From IMG/VR virus record IMGVR_UViG_3300009314_000007, positions 43,337 to 107,336 of that record: a stretch of 64,000 bases of DNA. One strand, given 5' to 3'. The notes beneath the pieces are model-generated. The model was not told the DNA's origin and did no database searches. It saw only the letters and a program-made list of their open reading frames with translations. Made by a program: the position numbers and the translations under genes. This document shows, piece by piece, positions 37,002-45,146 of this stretch. The DNA is from a virus. Position 1 is the stretch's first letter, and each line of letters begins with the position of its first letter.

Positions 37002-38309
37002 ATGCCCGATTTCAAAGACACTCAGCGGCAGCTCCCTCCCCTTGAGTATTATCGGGAGATGGACAAGGAGGCGGTTCAGAAGATCGCCGACGAGACGACC
37101 AAGCTCATCTCCGGGGAGAAGGGCGGGGATCGTTTCCTCAACAACGTTTCCGGGGTTATCTTGGGCTCGCTTCAGGCGTACCAGGTCGCTCGCACGGCAT
37201 TGAGTCGTCGATGCCAGGAGTTGGGGGTTAGCACGGACGTGGAGGGCTGGCTTGTCCAGTCGATGCACGGCCACGTAGGCACCGAGGAGGTGACCCGACA
37301 GCAGGTGCTCAGCAAGCTGAAGGACCTGGTGCTCCCGTTTCTGATGGCGGAGTTCCAGGCCGAGGGTGAGCGGGAACAGTCCGCGGTGGTCCAGGCCGAC
37401 AAGGCCGAGGATACATCCAGACGACAGCAGGATGTGCCCATCGGTTACCCCGCGGCGCCTTTGTGGCCCAAGGAAGACGCGGGAGAGGCCATGATGTCCC
37501 GGGAGCGTCCACTAACGTTAGTGGGAGATCCGGGCGTGATCGACGTGTGTCTGAACCACATTCAGACGAGGTGCCTCACGAGCAGCTCAGGCGGTTTTCG
37601 TCCCAACGTGTTGAGACTGACCACACGGCTGAAAGAGCACAACGTGCTGCACAAGAAGGGCGACGAGAAGCAATACTTCGAGGTGGGAGCCAATCGCTGG
37701 GCCAACTGTGGTGCCAGTGGGAGTCGTCTCAAGCGAGAACTGACGCCTTGGCTGCGGTTGCTCCGCAAGCGCCGAGTGGACCTCCTGATTATCGAGGATC
37801 TGCCGTTGTTTGTGGGCGGTTCGGATCGGCTACCTCCCCAGCAGCGTGCCGGGCAGGGGCTACGAGCACTGACCCGCTGGGCCGAAGAGACGGGATGTGC
37901 TGTGGTGGCCGCCGTCCCGCTGGAGCGAGAGAAAGACAAGAAAGCCTCCGAGCTGGTGCATCCTTCGCTGGACGGCACCTGGTCGAATCTGGAAGTGTAT
38001 TCCAATCTGGTGCAGCTTGATGTGGCGGGGAATACTAGCGATGAGGAGACATACGTACTGTTTGCTCAGCAACATGGCGACGACAGGACCTGCGAGGTTT
38101 TGGAGTCCGCGGTGAGCAAGAAACTTATTGACGACTGGAGGAAACGTGATAACGCAGATTCCGGAGATGATAGTGATCGGGTACACGGTGAGAAACCGGC
38201 CAGGCCTGTGGCAGGTCCTGGGAGACCCGCAACCCCCGCAAAATTACGGGGCGGACGCGGCCGAAAAGTGGCGAAGAGAAAAGCTGCCAGACATAAAGGC
38301 AAAGGTTGA
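37002..38309 (+). CDS. hypothetical protein with degenerate RecA/DnaB-like C-terminal fold
   Basis: RRVDLLIIEDL and LTRWAEETGCAVVAAV resemble DnaB Walker B/H3 regions; no intact Walker A. Confidence 0.5.
   Translation: MPDFKDTQRQLPPLEYYREMDKEAVQKIADETTKLISGEKGGDRFLNNVSGVILGSLQAYQVARTALSRRCQELGVSTDVEGWLVQSMHGHVGTEEVTRQQVLSKLKDLVLPFLMAEFQAEGEREQSAVVQADKAEDTSRRQQDVPIGYPAAPLWPKEDAGEAMMSRERPLTLVGDPGVIDVCLNHIQTRCLTSSSGGFRPNVLRLTTRLKEHNVLHKKGDEKQYFEVGANRWANCGASGSRLKRELTPWLRLLRKRRVDLLIIEDLPLFVGGSDRLPPQQRAGQGLRALTRWAEETGCAVVAAVPLEREKDKKASELVHPSLDGTWSNLEVYSNLVQLDVAGNTSDEETYVLFAQQHGDDRTCEVLESAVSKKLIDDWRKRDNADSGDDSDRVHGEKPARPVAGPGRPATPAKLRGGRGRKVAKRKAARHKGKG
37510..37523. repeat. dispersed palindrome copy 4 (CACTAACGTTAGTG), mid-CDS
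   Basis: Perfect palindrome with symmetric A>C and T>G changes. Confidence 0.88.
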
Positions 38310-39150
38310 GCGAGCGGGCCTGTTCGGCAAACTCACTGGGTCCATCCAGGACGTTGTGGCGGTGAACGTATCGCGAGGAGCGGGTCAGCCGCTGTTGGAC
38401 ACGCGGGGTCTTCCGTCCAACAAGAACCGTTCTGCGCTGTTCATGCGGTGGTTGAGTCAGCAGGGCTTCCAGTTCCCGGATTATCCTCGGGACACGGACA
38501 TGCGGCCCTGCGCGTTCTACGGGTTCGATACCAAGCCGTTTGTGCGGATTGTTGGGATCGAGGCGATGCTGGGCGGAGTCAATGTGCCTACGGGGTTCTG
38601 GTACATGAACGAGGAGTGCTTCTCGCCTTACGAGATGCTCGTGGAGGCGGAGAGGCGAAAAGTCTTTTCCCTTTCCGCCGTGTGCAAGTTCGCCGCGGTG
38701 AGCTGTGCCCCGGATTACGAGACGCATGTTGGTCCGGTGGAGGACGCGAGGATCGCCGCCGAGTTGTCGATTCGGTTCGGATTGTACCCGTTCGATTCGG
38801 CCACGACCAATTTGCTTGTCAGCGTGATCGAGGATCACCTCCAACAGCCGGTTGAAGCCGCGGAGTCCGAGCCCGGTCCCGAGTCCGAGCCCGGGGTATC
38901 CGCCGAGGAGGAGGATGAGTACGAGGAGGTCGAGGAGGAAGTCGAAGTCGCCGAGGACGAGGAGGGCGACGAGCTTGAAGAGGACGAAGAGTACGAGGAG
39001 GTCGAGGAGGAGGTCGAAGTCGCCGAGGGTGAGGAGGGCGACGGCGAGTACGAGTACGACGAGGAGGAGGTCGAGGTCACCGAGGAATCCGCAGCTCCGG
39101 AAAGTCCGGGGAAACGGCTTGTGCCTCGAACTCGCCGAGGAGAGGAGTAA
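38146..39150 (+). CDS. degenerate 3'-5' exonuclease-like protein with acidic tail
   Basis: GGAGG RBS + GTG; GKLTGSI and FYGFDTKPF resemble PolB-related exonucleases; Glu-rich tail. Confidence 0.5.
   Translation: MITQIPEMIVIGYTVRNRPGLWQVLGDPQPPQNYGADAAEKWRREKLPDIKAKVERAGLFGKLTGSIQDVVAVNVSRGAGQPLLDTRGLPSNKNRSALFMRWLSQQGFQFPDYPRDTDMRPCAFYGFDTKPFVRIVGIEAMLGGVNVPTGFWYMNEECFSPYEMLVEAERRKVFSLSAVCKFAAVSCAPDYETHVGPVEDARIAAELSIRFGLYPFDSATTNLLVSVIEDHLQQPVEAAESEPGPESEPGVSAEEEDEYEEVEEEVEVAEDEEGDELEEDEEYEEVEEEVEVAEGEEGDGEYEYDEEEVEVTEESAAPESPGKRLVPRTRRGEE
38944..39043 (+). repeat. acidic-tract DNA segment shared with 19126-19231
   Basis: Near-identical DNA. Confidence 0.85.
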
Positions 39151-39156
39151 CACCAA

Positions 39157-39189
39157 GGGCCCGTCACCATTGTGGCGGCCCGCTTTTTT
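39157..39189 (+). terminator. intrinsic terminator
   Basis: GGGCCCGTCAC/GTGGCGGCCC stem followed by TTTTTT. Confidence 0.75.
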
Positions 39190-39203
39190 ACTGGTCAAGG
39201 ACG

Positions 39204-39911
39204 ATGCCTACAAAGCCCTGGAAGGTCGGATGGACGGAAAGCTCCCACAAGTTCGGGAAGGAGACGGTGTGTAGGCATCAGCTTCGACTCAGCGAAGCGA
39301 CGGTGTTGAAGGACCTGGCAGACGAGTACGCTTTCTACACGCCAGCACTGCTGCATGTTGCTGTACCGCTAGAGGGCTGCGATCCGTTCACGGTTTTTCT
39401 TCAGGAGTACAATAAGGAGGTACTGCCGCTTTCCGTACGGTTGAATAGGCCCATTTTCAAGGGGCTTGATCTTGGACCGATCAAGGACTGGAACTACTTG
39501 TTGTTCGCTATGGAGCGAGAGCACTTCAAGCACTACTTGTCTTGGATGCAGTCGCTCACTTTTGCTGATCGGCCGCGGAATAGGATCTTCCGGTTGGGGG
39601 AGAAGCAGATACGGATTGCCGATCCGATCTTCTTCGAGCGGGCCGTGGTTCTGCCGCAAAACATACCGTGTATCGACGTGACCGTGTTTTGCATCGACGG
39701 GTCCGAGCGGTGCTATTACATGGAAGAGGGAGAGCACCCTTTGCTCGATCTGCCCGCAGTGCGGTCTGCGGAGCCGTTCGAGAACACGCAGGCACTGGCC
39801 AAGGCGCTGTTGTTGGGCAAGGAGAAGCCTTTCGAGGCGGTTGAAAGGGAGACGGCGGAAGACGTGGAGCGGAGAGTTCGCGAAGCACGAGAAAAACTGG
39901 AGAACGACTAA
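39204..39911 (+). CDS. hypothetical protein
   Basis: AAGGA RBS; 235-aa ORF. Confidence 0.65.
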   Translation: MPTKPWKVGWTESSHKFGKETVCRHQLRLSEATVLKDLADEYAFYTPALLHVAVPLEGCDPFTVFLQEYNKEVLPLSVRLNRPIFKGLDLGPIKDWNYLLFAMEREHFKHYLSWMQSLTFADRPRNRIFRLGEKQIRIADPIFFERAVVLPQNIPCIDVTVFCIDGSERCYYMEEGEHPLLDLPAVRSAEPFENTQALAKALLLGKEKPFEAVERETAEDVERRVREAREKLEND

Positions 39912-40297
39912 TGTCCAAAATCTTTCCAAGACAGACCCGCGTGGCGACGTTCACGGCCTTCGAGCACTATTACGGCAAGCCGAGCAGGCGGGGGGAAGGG
40001 CCGTTGGTGTGGTCGAAGAGCACGGACGAGAACTCGGTCCACGAAATCATCAACGAGTGGTTGGAAAGCACGCATGCGGAGATCGTACAGGTCTCCTGCC
40101 CCAGTGTGTCCATGTACAACGTAGACGATGAGACGAGATTTATCGTCACCAGCGTCACAGTGCTGTACCTAGCATCAGTGGAAGGGATAGAGGATGAATG
40201 CCGACAACCAGATGAAGCAGTGGGACCAGTGGCTGGACCTGCTCGGCCCGAGGGCTCGGGCAGTTCTGCTGTCTACGGCGCGCCAAAAGCAGATTGA
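39911..40297 (+). CDS. hypothetical protein
   Basis: TAATG coupling. Confidence 0.6.
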   Translation: MSKIFPRQTRVATFTAFEHYYGKPSRRGEGPLVWSKSTDENSVHEIINEWLESTHAEIVQVSCPSVSMYNVDDETRFIVTSVTVLYLASVEGIEDECRQPDEAVGPVAGPARPEGSGSSAVYGAPKAD

Positions 40298-40742
40298 GAT
40301 TCCGCAGTGGCACCTGGTGCTGATCCCGGATGAGGCTGAGCCTGAGTGTCTCCATTTCGATTCGTTCCAGGAGATGCTCGAAGCGATCCGCGGCATCGAG
40401 TCGCTGGAGTCCTATGCTATCTTTCCTTTTTTCGGCATGCAGTGTCATCTCAATCGAGCGCAGGGGGACTCGCCGCTGTACTACTTGCGGCATCCGGCTG
40501 GGGAGCTGCATCCACTGTTTGACTGCCAGCCGGGAGTGGTGCGAGTCGAGGATGGGCATTTTGGCGAGGCCGAATTGGACGTTGAAGATCGGCCAACCGG
40601 GGCTCGGCCTTACCAGGGCGACGTGGCCGAGGAGGAGGTCACTCTTTATGAGGAGGCGGACGCGGAGCCGGACCCAGATCCGGAGGAACCAAATGGGGAT
40701 GCCCTGGAACCTGGCACCGCGGAGCCCCGTAACTTCCCTTAA
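40194..40742 (+). CDS. acidic hypothetical protein
   Basis: ORF closing the operon. Confidence 0.6.
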   Translation: MNADNQMKQWDQWLDLLGPRARAVLLSTARQKQIEIPQWHLVLIPDEAEPECLHFDSFQEMLEAIRGIESLESYAIFPFFGMQCHLNRAQGDSPLYYLRHPAGELHPLFDCQPGVVRVEDGHFGEAELDVEDRPTGARPYQGDVAEEEVTLYEEADAEPDPDPEEPNGDALEPGTAEPRNFP

Positions 40743-40744
40743 AT

Positions 40745-40890
40745 CTTGGCGCATGCTGCGTCATAAATACATGGGAGATCCCTAGCTCTTCACTGGGGAA
40801 CAGGGTATCGGTATGCGCCGTGGCGGACGCGCACCGAAGGAACTGTCAGTTACTTATTCACAAGGAGACTAAGCCATGAAGACATAACGC
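40745..40890 (+). promoter_or_regulatory. putative promoter and structured leader with MKT minigene
   Basis: AT-rich GTCATAAATAC, two hairpins, AAGGAG RBS then ATG AAG ACA TAA (40876-40887). Confidence 0.4.
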
Positions 40891-40891
40891 T

Positions 40892-41080
40892 ATGCCCAAG
40901 ATGGAAATCCGGGGTGCCGCCGTGTTGCAGCGGAAACGACACCCGAATGGAGGTTTGCTGGTCAAGCTACGGAAGCCGGGCCGCAGACCTTATTGGAGGC
41001 GCATGAGTTGGGAAAGTTACCAAGCCCAACTTGTCGCCAGCTCCCACAGGCTCAAGGATGGGGTGACAGCAAGGACTTGA
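40892..41080 (+). CDS. small basic protein
   Basis: 62-aa ORF after leader. Confidence 0.5.
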   Translation: MPKMEIRGAAVLQRKRHPNGGLLVKLRKPGRRPYWRRMSWESYQAQLVASSHRLKDGVTART

Positions 41081-41097
41081 TCTGGAAGGAGTTTAGG

Positions 41098-42720
41098 ATG
41101 AAGCAACAGCCGATCTTTAGGAACGAAAACTACCCCGAGGGGGCCAACTTGACGCCCGAGCAGCAGTCTTATGACGTGTTGTGGAAGGCGTCGAGGACCA
41201 TGCAGCGAGGCGGAGAGAGGCCGACACAGATCGCTGTCGGCTTCAAGCCGCTGCCCTGCGCGAGGTCGGTGTCCCCGTTGAGGCCCTCGAAACCGATTCG
41301 CGATCTCGATTCCGTGGTCGCGGTGCTGATGATCCCGATACCCTCCGAGCACTGGAGGGGCGCGTCGGGGGATCGTCGTTATCGGTTTCACACGGTGGAA
41401 CTCGCTGCCGAGTTCTATCAGGGTGAGGTGCAGTTTCGTACGGCTGGGTTGCGGTTTGACTTTGCCAAGTCGCCGCTTCAGGATCACCAGGTGTTCTCTC
41501 TCGCTAGGTTCGATCCCGGCAGTGTTGGTGCCATGATCGAACAGGCGATGGACGGAAAAGAGGCGAAGGAGGTCGTGGAATCCCACGAGCTTTGCACGCC
41601 TCTGGGCGGAGACCTGGTCACGGTACGCGACGATTTGTTTCTCAACGTCGTCGTGGGGAAGACCATCATTTATCGGTTCAATCTCGACGCGGAGGTCGAG
41701 ATCGTTGCCGACAAGTCGGTGAGGAAGGGCGACCAAGTGGCCAGGCTGATTGGCAAGCAGCGTTATCAGGTCGCCGAGTTGAAGAGGAACGGGTGTGACC
41801 CGAAGATGGACCTTATCGGTCCAGATGTGTTGTCCGCCACGCGATTCCGGCCCATGTTCAGGCTGGCTAACCAGCTCAAGTTCGGTATCGTGGACGGTGA
41901 GGGTGTCCCAGTGCGGCAAGCAAGTAAGTTGCTGCCAAAGCTGCTCGCGGTGTTTCCGTTGGAAGAGACCGGCGAGCATGGCGATTGGGTAGAAGCGATA
42001 CGGGCGGCGGGCAGTTTCGAGCCCAGTGGCGAGCTGAAGAAGCAGATCTTGGCTGCGGTGCAGCCGTCTGGCAGCTTCGGTATTCGAGCGCCTGTGGATG
42101 GGCGGTTTGTTGGTGTCTCGGATTTTGGCCCGTACAAGCAGGCCGATTTCCAGCGAGAGAGCGGGCAGGTCGAGACACTGGTTCTTCCCAAGTGCGCGGT
42201 TCTGCACGGACCGTTTCGGGAGGACCAGCAGATCGAGGTCACTAAGGGGGATGTGATCGGCGATTGGGTGGAGCGGAATTACTATCAGGATTACATTGAT
42301 CTTGGTGGTATGGCAGAATCCGGGCTTGTTGCCATCGAGTCGGCGTACCTTCGCAGCCAGGTCATTACGACTGGCGAGAAAGGGTTCGACGAGGATGGTG
42401 TAGCCGTGGATGCGAGACTGGTGGAGTCCGTTCTCGGGGAGTCGGATGGTTTCAAGCTCGACTTCACGAACTTGCTGACTGCCGAGGGCGGATACTTTTA
42501 CCGGAAGAAGGATGGCAGCGCGGCGCCGGTCTTGATCAAGACCGATCACGCCCAGATTTACGGGGTGGGATTCACATCGAACGGCATCCGGTACGCGCCG
42601 CCATTGGCGGGCTACACAGAGAAAGCCGAGCGACGGCAGACCACGAAAACAAGCGGATCGCGAGGCAAGCGACCTGGCGGGCCCAAGGGTCGCCAGAGCC
42701 AGCGAGTCTCCGCGAAGTAG
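41098..42720 (+). CDS. protein with two sandwich-barrel hybrid motifs resembling RNA polymerase beta' SBHM
   Basis: LCTPLGG...VEIVADKSVRKGDQVARL and IRAPVDGRFV...LPKCAVL...IEVTKGDVIGDW; AAGGAG RBS. Confidence 0.55.
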   Translation: MKQQPIFRNENYPEGANLTPEQQSYDVLWKASRTMQRGGERPTQIAVGFKPLPCARSVSPLRPSKPIRDLDSVVAVLMIPIPSEHWRGASGDRRYRFHTVELAAEFYQGEVQFRTAGLRFDFAKSPLQDHQVFSLARFDPGSVGAMIEQAMDGKEAKEVVESHELCTPLGGDLVTVRDDLFLNVVVGKTIIYRFNLDAEVEIVADKSVRKGDQVARLIGKQRYQVAELKRNGCDPKMDLIGPDVLSATRFRPMFRLANQLKFGIVDGEGVPVRQASKLLPKLLAVFPLEETGEHGDWVEAIRAAGSFEPSGELKKQILAAVQPSGSFGIRAPVDGRFVGVSDFGPYKQADFQRESGQVETLVLPKCAVLHGPFREDQQIEVTKGDVIGDWVERNYYQDYIDLGGMAESGLVAIESAYLRSQVITTGEKGFDEDGVAVDARLVESVLGESDGFKLDFTNLLTAEGGYFYRKKDGSAAPVLIKTDHAQIYGVGFTSNGIRYAPPLAGYTEKAERRQTTKTSGSRGKRPGGPKGRQSQRVSAK

Positions 42721-42754
42721 CGGAAGATGGGAAGTGAGGTGGAAGAAACCGAGG

Positions 42755-42798
42755 TTGAGTGTGGGGCGGGAGACCGCCCCACACTCGGTCTTTTTCTT
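42755..42798 (+). terminator. intrinsic terminator
   Basis: 13-bp stem GAGTGTGGGGCGG/CCGCCCCACACTC, GAGA loop, then GGTCTTTTTCTT. Confidence 0.85.
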
Positions 42799-42845
42799 AT
42801 CCATCAGATGGTGTAAGCTATTTCGGACCCGACAAGGACAATCTT

Positions 42846-44462
42846 ATGACCCAGGTGATTACACTTCAGGCCGGTGGCAGCGGTTCCGATGTTCGCCGAG
42901 ACTGGTCCCCGATTGCGCAGCCCCCCGACCGCAATGGCATTATCGCCCATACGCCTAATCCGGGGGGCTATCACGATATGGGTGGCCGTACGATGCTGCC
43001 GAGACACACGCAGTTCGGGGGCTCCAAAGGCTTCGATACTCGCCCGGGGATTGTAAATGTTGACCCGGCGGACCCTGTTCGAGGAGAGGGCGGCGTTACC
43101 GTGGACCTGGAGTTAGTATCCAAGGAGGCGTTTATTCGAGCCGCCGAGTTTAGTGGCGGCGACCCGATTGCGGCGTGGGACTTGGCGGCACAGGCTCAGA
43201 TAGGCGGCCCGGGCGTGGTACAATTGGCGCCGGGGCAGCCGCAAGCGGCGGCGCCGATCAGCCCCGCCCCCTTGCAGCAACCTACGATAGGCGCGGCCGC
43301 AGTTCCCGTTACGAACATGTACGAGGCACTGCAACAGCCCACACAGTCGGACGCTGGCGGTACCTACGTGCAGATGGCGCCGGGAGCTGCGGCTCCGGGT
43401 TACGTTGTTCCTCACACCAATCCAAGTGGCGGAGTGATTCCGCGGGAGAATGCGAACATGTCAAATCCGATAGGGCCCGGGGGCGGCCTGATGCCCGCGG
43501 CCGGAATGGCCACACTTACCAACCCGAACGTTAAGCAGAAGGAGGCCGGTGTGAACACGCATGCTGAACAATCTCCTTGGGAAGGCGCCGCAGCAAGCCC
43601 GCCCGCGGGGGCACCGGTTCTGCAACCACCCGGGCAGCCCGGAGCGCAGATGCCGGTGGCGACACCACCCGGGCATCCCGTAGTGCCGGGTCCAGTGCAG
43701 TACGCCGCTCCGCCCGGCTGGACGCCGCCCGCGCAACACGCTCCCATGCCGACGCAAGTGCCAGCGCCAGCCCCGGCGCCGGTAACGATGGTGCCCGTGC
43801 CGATGGCGGTGGGACCTCCGACTCCTCTCGCGACGGGCGAGCCCGCTCCGCAGGTGGGCGTTGACGCCGTGCAGCACGCGATGCTGGAGGCGCTCAAGGA
43901 GCTTGGGGACCAGGTGAAGAGCCTGCAAAATGGTCGCGGTGCCGCTCCGAGCGACTGGGAGTTGACCAAGCAAGGTGCGCCTGGGCAGGCCGAGAGTCAG
44001 GAAGAGACACTGCCTGAGGGCGTCGAGTACGCCGACACTCATTCCTGCGGATTAGGCTTTCTTACCAACCCACCGTCTCGACCCAGAATTGAAGTCATCT
44101 TCGATCTGGGAGTCGGTGGTCTGCACACCAAACGATTCCACTGGGCGGCGTTCCGCAATGGCTGCCTGTCGCTGTTCTTCGATACTCGTAGCGATTACGA
44201 TCAGTTTGTGCCGCCCGAGACGCTTGAGGATTCTCACACCATTGGCGTGCGTATCCCGTCGCGACAGCTTGACGTACGGGTGAAGTGTTTCCACAATAAC
44301 CACCAGAGGTTTGGTTGCGTGGATCAGTTGAATTTCACGGTCTGGACCACTCCCGTCGAAGTGGACCATGGGCCGCCAATCGCCACACACGATACTCTCC
44401 AGGAGCTGCATACTCTCGGCGGAATGGCTGAGGAGCTTAGCGAAGGGGGAGGTTGGGGCTGA
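42846..44462 (+). CDS. Pro/Ala/Gln-rich protein with C-terminal beta domain
   Basis: AAGGA RBS; long ORF upstream of portal. Confidence 0.7.
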   Translation: MTQVITLQAGGSGSDVRRDWSPIAQPPDRNGIIAHTPNPGGYHDMGGRTMLPRHTQFGGSKGFDTRPGIVNVDPADPVRGEGGVTVDLELVSKEAFIRAAEFSGGDPIAAWDLAAQAQIGGPGVVQLAPGQPQAAAPISPAPLQQPTIGAAAVPVTNMYEALQQPTQSDAGGTYVQMAPGAAAPGYVVPHTNPSGGVIPRENANMSNPIGPGGGLMPAAGMATLTNPNVKQKEAGVNTHAEQSPWEGAAASPPAGAPVLQPPGQPGAQMPVATPPGHPVVPGPVQYAAPPGWTPPAQHAPMPTQVPAPAPAPVTMVPVPMAVGPPTPLATGEPAPQVGVDAVQHAMLEALKELGDQVKSLQNGRGAAPSDWELTKQGAPGQAESQEETLPEGVEYADTHSCGLGFLTNPPSRPRIEVIFDLGVGGLHTKRFHWAAFRNGCLSLFFDTRSDYDQFVPPETLEDSHTIGVRIPSRQLDVRVKCFHNNHQRFGCVDQLNFTVWTTPVEVDHGPPIATHDTLQELHTLGGMAEELSEGGGWG

Positions 44463-44465
44463 CAA

Positions 44466-44630
44466 ATGCACGAGAAAAGAGGTATCATCGAAGCTGGTAG
44501 GACAAACCCGGAACGCGCGAGTGATCCGAAGAACGAGGAAAAGCAGGCATCCGTCGAGCAGCTTGACGACGACGTGACCAAGCGCGCGGCGGACGCAGTG
44601 GCCAGCGAGTTCCAAGAGGAAGTCCAATAA
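44466..44630 (+). CDS. 54-aa hypothetical protein (absent from ORF track)
   Basis: Manual translation MHEKRGIIEAG...EEKQAS...TKRAA...EEVQ*; fills gap exactly. Confidence 0.55.
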   Translation: MHEKRGIIEAGRTNPERASDPKNEEKQASVEQLDDDVTKRAADAVASEFQEEVQ

Positions 44631-44638
44631 CGTTAATG
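44625..44638. repeat. dispersed palindrome copy 5 (CAATAACGTTAATG), contains the TAA stop of the upstream ORF
   Basis: One mismatch; extended TC...GA flanks. Confidence 0.85.
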
Positions 44639-44649
44639 GAGTTGGCGAC

Positions 44650-45141
44650 ATGGAAGTCATCTGTCACAAGAAGTGTCGCGACTGGCTTGGCTTCTTAATC
44701 AAGTTGTTCACGTGGGGGCCGTACAGTCACACAGAGCTGCGATTTTCGGACGACGTGTGTTTTTCCGCTTCCTGGGTAAAGGAGCGGCGGGGCTTTTTGG
44801 GTCTCTTTGGAGTTCGAGCTGGCACGAGGTTCAAAAAGATCGAGCTGAAGCCCGAACGATGGGACCGCTGGAAGATCACTCTTAGTCCGGAGGAGGAGGC
44901 CAAGATTCGAGCTTGGTGCAAGCAGCGGGCGGGGCGTCCGTACGACATACTGGGTATCCTTGGCTTTGTTCTCTTCAAGGACATCGACGCTCCATTCGCT
45001 TGGTATTGCTCGGAGATCAGTTCCCGAGCACTTACCGTCTTCGGGATCTTCAGGTTTCCAAGCCAGATTTCTCCTAACGGCATGGCTCGCATCATGCGAG
45101 CGCACCCGAACATTTTCCAGCCAGTCACAGAGAGCGAGTAA
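44650..45141 (+). CDS. permuted papain-like NlpC/P60 (YiiX/YebB-like) amidase
   Basis: YSHTEL...PYDILG...WYCSEI (His before Cys). Confidence 0.8.
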   Translation: MEVICHKKCRDWLGFLIKLFTWGPYSHTELRFSDDVCFSASWVKERRGFLGLFGVRAGTRFKKIELKPERWDRWKITLSPEEEAKIRAWCKQRAGRPYDILGILGFVLFKDIDAPFAWYCSEISSRALTVFGIFRFPSQISPNGMARIMRAHPNIFQPVTESE

Positions 45142-45146
45142 CACGG

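Noticed and set aside
40745-40765. Sigma54 promoter at TTGGCGCATGCTGC
   Set aside because: GG-to-GC spacing is 8 nt rather than the required 10
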